Positions 1 to 11,892 of a DNA stretch of 64,000 bases are shown piece by piece (the stretch's first letter is position 1; every line of letters begins with the position of its first letter). Position numbers and translations under genes: made by a program. The stretch lies in NCBI GenBank assembly GCA_000182565.2, contig KQ257460.1. The stretch is one strand, 5' to 3'. Under the pieces are notes generated by a model. The model saw only the letters and a list, made by a program, of their open reading frames with translations, was not told where the DNA came from and searched no databases. The stretch is from Spizellomyces punctatus DAOM BR117 (Eukaryota).

Positions 1-582
1 TTGTTGGCACTATGATGGGAGCAGGTTCGTCGCAATAGTACCGAAAGCATGGCGCAGAATGCTAACCTTGGGTTCCCTTCTTTTATGTGCGGTCGACTGT
101 ACTTAGCTCTAGTCACAAGTGGACTATCTACCGTGCTTGTTCAATACTGTGTAAATCCCTACGTCAGTCGGCTTCTCATTCCAGACTCTTCTACATCCTT
201 TTCCAGCCGTACTATCATTCTAGAAACTCTGACCTTCTTTGGAAATACCCGTCAGACCGCAGTTGACCTGTCTGACATTATGCCTGCCTCCGACCGCCCT
301 TTTGCCACATGGAAAGTACGGAATGACGCGCAAACAAGTGACGACGGAGATGCCCGGTTATTGGAGTTGATTGGTGGGCGACGTAAGTTCGGATTGAAAC
401 GACGAAGATTTTATGTGCATCCCGAGCTCGATGAGGGATTTTCTGAGCAGATGACCCAGGTAATGCGGACCGTAAACGCAGCTGGACGAGCTGGACCACA
501 ACAGCCGCAACCCCAGTCCAAGGCAGGCGGGAAAGCTTGGGATGATATAGTTAAAGATTTACGGAAGGAGAATAGAGCATAG
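1..582 (+). CDS. TMEM70/TMEM223-family mitochondrial membrane protein, 3' part (5' end outside window; intron about 25-105)
   Basis: TM segment then PYVSRL...ILETLTFFG...RPFATWKV...FYVHPE, resembling TMEM70-family proteins; stop at 582. Confidence 0.6.
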
Positions 583-1005
583 TAGAATACGTTTTAGAAC
601 TGCTACTCTACGCTGTCGTCTAGATCGCTAGTGATCGATAATTGCTTTGTATTTATTTGACCAATTGCAGGACCACAGTCTATCTTTGTTGCAAAGCCGA
701 TGGATGTGTAGGATGCGTTCATCCTGCGAGAGGCAAACGCGTATCGCGTCCGCCCATACACGTGCGCCCAGGTTGTTTTACCAACATCAGCAGCATTTTA
801 AGGATCGACGGCAACAATTTCAGCATCGCGGGGTACCTACCGGCTGCAACTCAGGTTTGTTTTCCAATTGTAACGCGTTTGCTTGCTTGAAGTCTGACTT
901 ACGCGTGCTGTCCCCATTGCCGCTACCGCCTCCTTTCAGTTCACAGCTTGAACAGCACGGAGGCAGCAAGGGTGCCTTTCCTTTGTGGAAAACTTGGCTG
1001 TCGAT

Positions 1006-4000
1006 ATGAGTGCGTTGGCAAACTTTCTGCAAAATGAGCTCCTTACATTGTCGAGTGAAGCGCGGCGAAAGCATCCAGAAATAAAGGAGGTAAGGATGAT
1101 TCGGCGCTCTGGGTGAAATTCACGGGAACGTGGGTCATGAAAGAAGTTTGCGCCTCCCGAGTATTCACATGTCTTTTTTTTCAGGCAGCGGAGCGACTAC
1201 TGTACATTTTGCGCGCTCTCAAAGAGCGGCCTCAAACACAACCAGTGCCAGATGGCGTGGATATTGTTGCAGTGGGTCTGTTGAGCTACTGAAGATCCCA
1301 AAAATATGAGTGGACGATGACTGTTAGGGTTCATCTTGCGCAGAGCTTGCAAAGACGGACGAAGCGTTAAGGCCGTTCATCATGTCTTGCGAAACCAAAA
1401 ATGCGAAACTCGTGCCTACAGCCGTGGGGTGCTTGCAGCGACTGATAACGCATCAGGCCATACCAGAGGTATGACCTCAATGCATGCTCCCTGCCCATCA
1501 TTTCTATCGAGTTCTCACACCTGCAGTCCCTAAAATTCTAGGCGTCCATTATGCTGGTTTTGAAGACGCTATCCGATCTGATCACTACCAGTGTTGAGCT
1601 GCAGTTGAAAATCTTGCAGACCGTACTACCGCTGTTGACCAATTACCGTAATGTTCATGGAGAAGTACTGGCTGAAGTTAGTCATGCGACTATTCTGAGC
1701 GGACACACTTTGGACGAGGTTGAAAGTAACCAGATATTTGCATAGGCATTATTTCTCTGTTTCCGGCTACAAGAGACAAAATCTCCTATTGTGAATAATA
1801 CTGCGGCTGCCACAGTTCGTCAATTGGTCACATTTGTATTCGACAAGGTGGCCACGGAGGATGAACGGGCCAACGTTGAAACAGGTCTGACGTGCATGCG
1901 GCGAGTGCGCGGTCAATGTGCGGCTAAGGTCTTACTTTTAATAGGGAACACGGATTTCAACGCGGTACGCCCTTTAAGCCTTTCAGGGCAGGATGCCTGC
2001 ATGCTGTTCAAGGTATGGGATACCGACGCATATTCTTGGGCTACTTGAATGTTGAGTTGATCTCATGGATGCAGGATGCATATTGGTAGGATTTGTGCTT
2101 ATTGACGGGCGGCGAACCAGCGTCATTCCTTCCGCTGCAGTCTTTGCCAAAATATTTTGGCCTAGAGTTAATTGAGGCAGTCATTTCCCACCATCCGAAG
2201 CTATTCCAAGACGTAGGTCGTCATTTGAGAGTAAATTCTGCCAGGTTCTCGACTCACAACTAAGAAGCACGCAGAACTGTGTAATTTAATGAAAGAACGA
2301 GTCTGCCCGCTCATCATCAAGTCGTTCTCTGACCGTCTTGATTTCCCGCTGGCTTGTCGATTGATGCGTGTCGTGCACGCTATCCTTAAGCAGTACCATG
2401 AAATGCTGATGATGGAATGCGAGATTTTCCTTTCGATGTTCTGCAGGTTGTTGGAACCTGATCATGCCCCGTTGTGGCATCGTGTTCTTATCATGGAGGT
2501 GTACAAATCCCTCTGTGCCGACGCTGGGCTACTCCGGTATGATTCAATACGCTCAATTTGGCGGGATTGTTTGGGCCTCTTCTGACTCCGCGCAGATTTG
2601 TTTATAATTCGTACGATCAAAAGGAGCACACAACAAAAGTGTTCCATGAAATGATTACCGCAATCCGAAGGATCGTCGTCTCGGAGAAGCCTGCGCTGCT
2701 GCTTCACTCTCCGGTGACAAACAGTTCTGAAGCTGTGGATATGGAGGCGGAGGAGCAGTACTCATTAACAGCGTCGGGTGCGCAAATGAAGCTTCAGTGG
2801 TAAGGGTACGACCGATCACTGCCCAGTATTGTGGGCAGGTTATGCAGAAGCTCTTGCAAGTATCACCACTAATCTGGTGGACGTTATGTCTACAGCTTAG
2901 ATCAGCTAGATAAAGCGGAACCACCCGCCATACCCGAAACCTATATCATCTACCTTGCCATTCAATGCATGAGTAGTATTGTCGATAGCGAGGCTCAATT
3001 TGCTATGCCGCTTCTGGCTGAAGCCAGCACTCCAAGCGAGCACAAGAACGACGTTATTCTTGCCATCGAGATGGCCAATGCGTCATGGGCGGGTATTCTA
3101 GCTGCTGTATCCTTCCTCGTTACAGCTTCGGTAGATGACGAGATCTTTTCGATGGTCATCCGAGCATATCAGAATATAACGAGCGTTCTGGGTTTACTGG
3201 GACTTACATCACCACGAGATGCATTCCTCGCATCTTTATCTAAGTCTTGCATTCCGAGCTTTCTGGCCGGCGATGCTTTTGGGCACGCAAAAGGGGATGC
3301 GGGCCAGGGACTGCATCCGGCGAGTTTACAAAATTTAGCCCGTGGCGGTGTCGTACTGAACGACCGAAATGTGTTGTGTCTTCGGGCACTCATCTATGTC
3401 GCGCATTCTTTATCCCCTGTTCTGGAAGATAAGGCATGGTATCTTATTTTGGAGACATTACAAGTGGCAGACAAATACATTGCGACCGGAAAGACCGGAA
3501 GGAAAGAGCAGAGTTCCATGGCATTGCTGGGCGACACAAAAGAAAATCGTTTACGCAGTGGATCGATTGTCGGGCCGCCCCAGCATGGTTCTGCTATGGA
3601 GAATCAGTTTGTTACATTACTCCTATTCACGAAGAAGCTCTTCGAAAGTACGAGTTCCATGGAAGAACGAAACTTGATGGAATTTCTTCGCGCATTATGT
3701 CAACTAGCTCGGACTTCCATTGTCCAAACCTCCACGACTGCAGGCACTTCCTCGAAGGACGCTTCTATGAAGGTTGCCGAAGAGAAGTCTTTCGCCGTCG
3801 CTAAAATTCACGATGTTGTTTTACACAACACTGCACGCTTAGTTCAAGCGTCAAATTTCACGCTATGGGACCTGGTAATTGGTGAGCTGGTGGACCTTGC
3901 TCACATTCCGACGTGTACATCGTCGATGCGTGCGCAGGTCTGTCAAACGTTGAGCGACATCCTTGTGGCGGCAATCCAAACAGCAAATCTAAAAGACGCT

Positions 4001-7000
4001 GACATCGAAATGAAATTGTTGGAGCCCATCCGCAGACTGACATTGGTCGAACCTAACGCCAGTGGCACAACCGTGGATGCGGAGGAGAAGGACAGAATAG
4101 CTCGTTACCCTTGGTTTGTGGATGTGCAAAAGGCCGGCTTGGAAACCCTCAATAAAATCATGCAAAATAGCGGCCAGTACATATCAAACGGTTGGCCGCT
4201 CATACTCGAAGTCGTGCGGACAGTTGTGAGCTTAAGGGTCCGGAAACCCCGAATAGCTGATGCACAGGCTCCGACAGCCGGTAACACGCAAGACGCCATT
4301 CTTAACCCTCCTCTAGCCGACACCGCTGCGACCACGGCGAAAGCAGCAGGATTAGTTCGTGTAGCGTTTCCATGCCTACAGCTCATATGCACAGACTTTC
4401 TTTCTGTTTTGAACCCTACAGTGCTGCACCAATGTATCGAAACCCTGGGTAGTTTTGGATCGCAAATGGATGATCTGAATATCAGTCTAACCGCGGTTGG
4501 GCTGCTTTGGTCCGTGAGCGACTTTGTGTTGACAAAGCGTCAGGATCTTGAGAAAGAGCATCTCGCGAATCAACAGCCCCCAAATCAGGATCCAAAGACG
4601 TCAGCATCACACTCTTCAGTGATGATAGCAGAAAGCTCCCTCTTGGCAAATACGTCGATGAAGCGGTCTGCGTCTACTTGTATCGCCATGCTGACAGAAC
4701 CACTGTCAACAAGGACTATGGATGCTTTATGGATGCTCCTGCTAGGGCATCTTTCGCAACTTTGTTCGGATTCTCGACCAGAGGTCCGTAACTCCGCGAA
4801 TCAAACTTTGTTCCGGACGATCAGCATGAATGGTGCCAAGCTTACCCTTGACGCCTGGGAGCAATGCATCTGGGGGGTGTTGTTCCCGCTCTTGGAGCGC
4901 GTCCAGCTTTCTAGTGAAATTGACGCATCTGGCCGACTCAACTCTCCAGACGTAGGGACACCCACCGTTACTATGCATCATTCTCGAAGTACGCCATCAA
5001 AGCAGTGGGATGAGACGAAAGTAATTACTCTATCGGGTATATCCAAATGTTTACTGGATTTTTTGCCGGTCTTGGTTGAGCTGGGAGATGGATTTGATCG
5101 TGCATGGGCCTTATTTTTGGACTATATCAAGTCTTGGTGTCTAGGTGGATCACCGGAGGTATCCATGGCCGCCGTGAAAAGCTTGAAAAGTTTGGTGCAA
5201 TACCCCAAGACGTTAGCAGAAGGAGAAATTCCGCGAAACGTGCAGATACGGTTAGAAAACTTAATGCGAGTGGCTTGGGATGTCTGGGAAGGGATTGGAA
5301 CAGGAATTGTCGCAGGATCGGACGAAAATCTGGCAGCTTCCGCTGAAGATGCCGACCGAGTGGCTGTGGGCACCGGGTGGGGACAGCCTGCAATGAGGAT
5401 TTTGCATGGATTCTTTACCCAAGACACAATGACAGCATATGTCGCACTGTTCCCAGACATTTACGAAGTCATTAAGTCAACCTTCGGCCTATTCGAGCTT
5501 CGACAGCTCCTTAACGTGCTTTCGCATCTCTTGCTTTACCACAGCAATCCGCCACCGGGCGCTACAGCGAGCAGAATTCGTGCAGACTTTATCAGTGATT
5601 TGGAGCAACCAACACCGTTGCAATCAAGTGTTCTCGACCTCGTTGCGGGGGGCAAGTTGGACATCGATGCGATACAAGGTTCCGTGGAGGTCGTATTGAC
5701 AACAGTTAGCGGATTTGTGAAACTGCCGTTCGTCCAACGAGGGGACGGATCAGCGTCAGCACGCAACTCATCCGCACAAAGGCCAACATCCGGCGCTGCA
5801 GAGAAAGAGAAAGGGTTCACATACATTGCACTATCAAAGAAAAGTATGCAGGTTTTGGTGGAGCTTTTTGAGCGTTATGCGAAACTCCGGAGTGTGTACT
5901 CTGGTCCATTTGAGGCCATCATTGAAGCCTTGGGTGTTCCTATGAAGGCCAAATACGACTGTCCAAGTCCAGGCACCAAGGATACCACACCACTCTGGAA
6001 ATCTGCCGCTAATACATGTATGACAATCTCGAGGATAGGGCTGGAAGCTCTCAACGAGTTTGTAGAAGGTGCATGGAAATCAAGTGTCTTTACTCGTGAT
6101 ACACAGCTGGTCTAATCCTTTCGACTGTCCAATCCAGATCTACCGCAAGAGGTTTCCAACAGTATCTACACAAAGCTGTTAAACACTTTTGAGGGGATTC
6201 TACTGCCAAGCAGGTGCGCGCTGATTTACTTGGGCTCTCTGTGAGGACGGAGTACTTACCACCAAAGCACACAGCGAGCCACCAGCGGAACTGTCCGCCG
6301 AAGAATTGTCTGCCGACGAAGATTTCGACATTTCGGTTCTCACCACTATAGAGTCGGACGTGTTCCCCCACTTGGGACGACCCACCACGTCGGAAGCTAT
6401 TCTGCGACGCTTGGTGGAAATCATTGGGAGTGGAGCAAAGCTTTACACAACACAGCTTGAGGCAGTTGGACATAATACGTTAGAAGATGCTACAACTGGC
6501 GAGGAATCTAGCGCTACTAGAGGCGTTGAGGACGTAGAGGTGCAAGCAACTAACGGAGTTGTGGCAGGAGCGCCGAGGATTGAGGCGCTGGTAAAACCTC
6601 GGGGTCCGCTTACGGCCAGCGATGTTGCAGGTCCACAGGCCTTTCCACTTGGAAGCGACGTGGTGCCAGCTACCCGCGAAAGGTTTGCTGTGAGCTGTAT
6701 GGAGACATTGTTCGGGTTATGTTCAGACGCAAAGAGCGGTTCGTGGCAGTTTCAACATTTTCTCTCATTACGATCACACTAATGTTATTGTTTGTACAGA
6801 TACAGCGCAAGTAAGGACCCGCATAGCAGAAGTGGTTGGTCCTGTAATGCTAGAGAAGTGCAAGTTCGTGATCCGCTCTTACGCAACGGATCGACCACTA
6901 TATGGTCAACTACCTCTGCCGAGAGTTCGCAATGACGAGATAGCGCTCGTTATGCGACATTTGCAATCGCTAAATATGCGGCCTGGTGTGCTTGTACGGC

Positions 7001-7292
7001 ACTTGGGTGAAGATAAAATGCGTACGTACCTGACGCGGACTGTTTATGACATCTTCTGCTCGGTATCGGTGATAGAATAACTTACACTTGTTGAATAGAT
7101 CCATTGCGGTCGCACATTCTCGCAGGCAGATCGGCACATCTGTTTGCCTTATACCCCATGTTGTGTGAGTTATTAGCTGTGATAGCGCGAAATGGAACCA
7201 CCCGAGAGTCAGCAGCAGCGGACGAGGCGGCGGTGGTAGAAGGCATCAGAGCTTGTTTGCGACGGATAGGGCAAGATTTAGGGTTGGAATGA
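1006..7292 (+). CDS. MON2: Mon2/Ysl2 (DCB-HUS-HDS endosomal/Golgi trafficking protein), multi-exon
   Basis: First exon MSALANFLQNELLTLSSEARRKHPEIKE; VELQLKILQT, LVRVAFPCLQLICTDFL, DLNISLTAVGLLW, DSRPEVRNSANQTLF and KQWDETKV motifs. Confidence 0.92.
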
Positions 7293-7409
7293 AATACATG
7301 CTGTTAACCCCGTAAATAAACCCCGTAAATATTTATAAAATTGATCATGAAGCCGGGATATGTCGAATAGGGGATCACAGGAATGGGTCAGAGACATGCC
7401 AGACTAGCT

Positions 7410-8146
7410 CTATTGTTCGATATCCATGGCTAAAATGCCGTCTGTAATGAGGTTTCAGTGAGTACCGTAGTAGCCGCATTCAGAAGCATAAGTAAGATGC
7501 ATTACAAATGACAGATCAACATACCTTCCATGACGGCGGGACGGATGTGATTTTTGATGACAGTTACTGAAAATTTTCAAAAGTATATCAATCATAACAC
7601 GCCGCCATTGCTCACATATAATGGATGCATACCGTGATGTTCGTTGGCAGCGTAATCATTCAAAGCCTGGAAGCAAAAGCGTCAATGCCAAAAGACCGGA
7701 CTGGTGGGCAGTATATGAGCTGACCTGCTGATTGGGGAGTTCTACAACAAGAGCTGTGGCAGAGCATAGTGAAGACAATCAATATTCAAGACGATGGATT
7801 GTCCCATTGATGCATCGTGGTGAACATTAAAAGTATATTACCATGTGTATATCCTCGAGCCCTGTCGGTTTTGAAAGTGGGACCAAATGAGAGCTGCGAA
7901 CCCAAAAAGTCAATAAACATTGCTACCAAAACTTTATGAGAAGAGCTATCTCTTCCTATCAGAATTCAACCTTTTGCACTCCGGGAACTTGCTTCAACGA
8001 CCGAACTTGCGTATCAAATTCCGCAAGTTGTTGAGGAGGTATGTCAGGTTTTACCTTGAACAGGACTGCATCGCATGATAAGCAACAATGTGAAGGCATC
8101 TGACTTACAAAATGAGTGGAAAGGTACCTATGTGGGTGACAGTCAT
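7410..8146 (-). CDS. Stress-responsive A/B barrel (Dabb) protein, about 100 aa in about 7 short exons; not in ORF track
   Basis: Manual splicing gives MTVTHIVLFKVKPDIPPQQLAEFDTQVRSLKQVPGVQK-LSFGPTFKTDRARGYTHALVVELPNQQALNDYAANEHH...DGILAMDIEQ*; HIVLFK, GYTH and Y..H pattern of Dabb. Confidence 0.85.
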
Positions 8147-8411
8147 CTCTCGTTGACTCTATTTGACTTTTAAGAGGAAAGCTACGAATGGATCATGATG
8201 GTGAACCGATGCTGATGATGCTCCATGTTGCCATGTCAACAGTGGACGCACTGGTTCAGTCAACCGAGTGACTAGGGGATGGAGCGTTGATGTCAACAGG
8301 ACAGAACATTGGGGAATTGGGGGCGCAACAGTAATTATAATAGGATAGGGGCCGACGAGACGGTCGCCGACAGCGTCCAAAGTTTTTCGCCATCTTGGAG
8401 ATCTTCCAGCG

Positions 8412-11400
8412 ATGTTGAAGCGGAGGTCAGGGGCACGACAAACTCAAGTAGCGCGAGCAACTAAGACTTCTGGCCAACCAAAGAAGGAGCAATCTTCACG
8501 GGCTTTTGGTACGGTAGATCTATCCCCGTTCCCTGCGAAATGGTCTGCATTCGGCAAACTGTTACTAGTTCTCCTGGTCACCACGTTGTTCCATCTTGCG
8601 GGCATCTACCTCTTTGGAAGCGGGTTCCTTCTTACGCGGCTCGAGCTAGATACTCGCAATAACTGCTCAACATGGCGTCCGGAAGGGGTGCCCCCTATTG
8701 AAGCGAACATCACAGGTCAGGGGTGTTGGCATGCGCCTCGGTACAACCGGGCAGTCCTCATTATTCTCGATGCACTCCGTTTCGACTTCACGGTCTACAA
8801 TGAGACCCTAGCACATCAAGCATCGAAGAGCGGAGACAATTCATCGATACCTTATTATATTAATAAATTACCTATTCTACATCGAATTCTGGAAACCGAA
8901 CCTGAGCATGGGCTGCTCTTCCGTGTGCGGGCTGATCCCCCTACCACGACTCTACAGCGCTTGAAGGCTCTGACCACCGGTACCTTACCTACGTTTGTGG
9001 ATGCTGGTAGCAACTTTTTTGGGCAGGTTATCGGGGAGGATAACATCATAGAACAGTTCACTCGAACTGGCAGACGGGTGGTGTTTATGGGAGATGACAC
9101 CTGGGACAATATGTATCCGAATGCTATGAATGAAAGCTATCCTTATCCCTCTTTGGAGGTTTGGGATCTCCATACTGTTGATAATGGTATCCTCCAACAC
9201 CTTCAACCCACGCTGCAACGAGAGCCGAAAGACTGGGATTTGCTGATCGCGCATTTTCTTGGGGTTGATCATGCAGGTCATCGATATGGCCCAGCACATC
9301 CGGCAATGGCTGAAAAGCTTACCCAAATGAATGCTGTTTTAACAAATATTTTTCAGGAGGTGGATGATGAGACAGTAGTTTTCGTGATAGGTGATCATGG
9401 CATGGATGCTAAAGGAGATCACGGCGGCGACAGCGAAAACGAAATCAATGCTGGACTGTTCATGTACAGCAAGAGGCCACTTACGGATGCATCTGCTGCA
9501 GTGGAATTGAACAGTTATTTGCGCGATCTCAACGCGACCGACTTCGGATCTGATGACCCCTTCGTGTTCCTCCAAGGCCATCGAACAATGCCTCAAATCG
9601 ACTTTGTGCCAACAATTTCCATGCTGCTGGGTATCCCAATCCCATTTGGAAATCTCGGCACCTTAATTCCAGAATGCTTTTTTGTGCCTACCCTGGACTT
9701 GAGCGGCAAATCCATGGATTATGGTCGAAATCTTTTGGAAGCCATGCGAATAAATGCCCAACAAGTTCACCATTACATTACGGAGTATAGTCAGCAACGA
9801 CTGGCTGCAAAACTGGCGATTCGCGATTTGAAGGAGTTATTCGACAGCGCAGAAATGGCGTACGCTCGGCTCTCGACGAATAACAATGATGCTGCGGTTA
9901 CTAGTGCGGATCTTAAGGATGTATACCGCCGATACGTCACCTTCACACGGCGGACTTTAGTAGCCGCTCGCAAGATCTGGGCGCGATTCGACGTACCTCT
10001 CATCGTTCTTGGATCTGTCGCAGTGACACTTGCATTTGCGTCTGTAGTTGTGTATGCAAAAGTGCATTGGGCGTCCGATGTCAGTCCAATGTACTCTGTC
10101 ATTGGTCTTGGTGCGATATCTGGGATCTTGTTGGTAGCGACAGGGGGTGTTCGTAAATGGCTGGTTAGCCTCGAAGACACGGGTGATTCCGCGCTCAATC
10201 CATACCACGAAACTGCATTTGCTATCTCGGCTGGTGTCTTGGGAACATACTTGCTGTCGACCTTGGTGCAGTGTTGTTACAGAATGACCAAGAGAGGGGT
10301 TTCTGCGATCATTTCCACGAACACTCTGCTCGGATTATTTCTCCTTGCTCTGCACACACTGGTTGCCGCTTCTGACAGCTTTACTATCCATGAAGATGCA
10401 GTAACAGTCTACCTTTTACAGGCTTTCGGATTCATAAACCTTTTGTGGTCTTTCGGATTGGACAGTGATACCGCACGCGATAGTCTTGTCAAATATTCCC
10501 TTATATTTATGATCTTGACCCGCATCAGTCAATTCTCCACAATCTGTCGCGAAGAGCAACATCCGTATTGCATTCCCACGTTCAACGCAACTCCGCACAC
10601 ATCCGTAGCATCCCCGTCCGCAGCCGTCCTGTTGTTTCTCATGGTTCCAATTGTCGCGCTGGCTATCAGAAAGGTGATGAAAGCCTCAGACAATGCGGAA
10701 TCCACGGGGAAGATTCTTCCTGGAATTTTTATTCCCATTGGAATGATTGTTTCCGCAGTCTATTGGGCTTTCGATACCATCGATAATCATCATATTTTGT
10801 CGGGCTCAAAATGGGATATGGCAGCGGTCAAATTCTGGTGGGCTCGCGTTGGGTTTTTGGCAATCAGCACTACCTGTCTGTTCGTTTGGACAAGCGACCC
10901 AAACTGTTTGGGTGTTGATGTGATACCCTCGGCTGCTGTGAACGCTCTAGGCGTAACGAACAATGCGAGCGGTGGGAAAACAGTCTGTTTCCTTGGCATT
11001 CCGAACGCAGTCGGTGCATCATACTTCGTGTTTTTATCCGTGGTCTATATGATCCTGACGATGTTTCAAAAGCCAATGGGGGGCATCATGCTTGGAGTAG
11101 GTTTCCTGCAAATTATATGCCTTTTGGAGATGCTCCACATATGGCGCGACAAGAGTAGTAAAAAGCGAAATGCGGACATTGCGCATGGGCCAGAGGTCCC
11201 GGTATCTGTGTCGACATCGACGTCGTTACTCTCTTCGCCGCAATCGATGCCAGCGCCCATACCTGCTCCTCTTCAGGGATCCGTCGTTCAAAAAGAACAA
11301 GAAAATGCAGATTGGACATTCCTGTATTTGGTGGCATTATACTTACTATCGTCACGATTCTACTTCGCGACCGGCCATCAGACGACACTTTCAACCATCC

Positions 11401-11819
11401 AATGGGACATTGGCTACGTTGGGGTTAAGCAGCTTAACTGGACCATCTCTCCACTTCTTGTGCTTCTGAATACATTTGCGGGAAATGTGCTGTTTGCACT
11501 AGCCGCTCCGCTGTTGGCGGTCTGGAAGCGACCACTCACCCGCTCAACGCAAGACCAAGTCAACCGCGAGCTCGGTAGAGCAGTTCTAACTTATTTTGGA
11601 ATGGTTTCCGCTACCACTGTCACCGCTACACTTTTTGCCGGGCATTTTCGGCGCCATCTTATGGTGTGGAGGGTGTTTGCCCCCAAGTTTTTCTTCGAGG
11701 CGTTAGTGCTGGTAGTAGTTGATGTTATTTTGATGATTGGAGTAGTGGGGGTTTGGCTCCCAGTAAACGCATATAGGGACTTCTTAGTGAAGATAAAGCA
11801 GCTGGGGATTGTTCGCTAA
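8412..11819 (+). CDS. GPI13: GPI ethanolamine phosphate transferase 3 (Gpi13/PIG-O), single exon
   Basis: IILDALRFDF, ADPPTTTLQRLKALTTGTLPTF, AHFLGVDHAGHRYGP, GDHGMDAKGDHGG, CREEQ, RRHLMVWRVFAPKF; many TM helices. Confidence 0.95.
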   Translation: MLKRRSGARQTQVARATKTSGQPKKEQSSRAFGTVDLSPFPAKWSAFGKLLLVLLVTTLFHLAGIYLFGSGFLLTRLELDTRNNCSTWRPEGVPPIEANITGQGCWHAPRYNRAVLIILDALRFDFTVYNETLAHQASKSGDNSSIPYYINKLPILHRILETEPEHGLLFRVRADPPTTTLQRLKALTTGTLPTFVDAGSNFFGQVIGEDNIIEQFTRTGRRVVFMGDDTWDNMYPNAMNESYPYPSLEVWDLHTVDNGILQHLQPTLQREPKDWDLLIAHFLGVDHAGHRYGPAHPAMAEKLTQMNAVLTNIFQEVDDETVVFVIGDHGMDAKGDHGGDSENEINAGLFMYSKRPLTDASAAVELNSYLRDLNATDFGSDDPFVFLQGHRTMPQIDFVPTISMLLGIPIPFGNLGTLIPECFFVPTLDLSGKSMDYGRNLLEAMRINAQQVHHYITEYSQQRLAAKLAIRDLKELFDSAEMAYARLSTNNNDAAVTSADLKDVYRRYVTFTRRTLVAARKIWARFDVPLIVLGSVAVTLAFASVVVYAKVHWASDVSPMYSVIGLGAISGILLVATGGVRKWLVSLEDTGDSALNPYHETAFAISAGVLGTYLLSTLVQCCYRMTKRGVSAIISTNTLLGLFLLALHTLVAASDSFTIHEDAVTVYLLQAFGFINLLWSFGLDSDTARDSLVKYSLIFMILTRISQFSTICREEQHPYCIPTFNATPHTSVASPSAAVLLFLMVPIVALAIRKVMKASDNAESTGKILPGIFIPIGMIVSAVYWAFDTIDNHHILSGSKWDMAAVKFWWARVGFLAISTTCLFVWTSDPNCLGVDVIPSAAVNALGVTNNASGGKTVCFLGIPNAVGASYFVFLSVVYMILTMFQKPMGGIMLGVGFLQIICLLEMLHIWRDKSSKKRNADIAHGPEVPVSVSTSTSLLSSPQSMPAPIPAPLQGSVVQKEQENADWTFLYLVALYLLSSRFYFATGHQTTLSTIQWDIGYVGVKQLNWTISPLLVLLNTFAGNVLFALAAPLLAVWKRPLTRSTQDQVNRELGRAVLTYFGMVSATTVTATLFAGHFRRHLMVWRVFAPKFFFEALVLVVVDVILMIGVVGVWLPVNAYRDFLVKIKQLGIVR

Positions 11820-11892
11820 GCATCTACACTTTATTTATGGAATATGTGGTTAAGCCTTATGCTACTTTACGGATTTCCTTCGTGTTCTTCTC

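Noticed and set aside
3106-3113. GTATCCTT in MON2, and other RTATCCTT hits (about 22172, 47002, 50211), as U12 donors
   Set aside because: They lie inside continuous exons, antisense to genes or in intergenic DNA, with no matching branch site and acceptor
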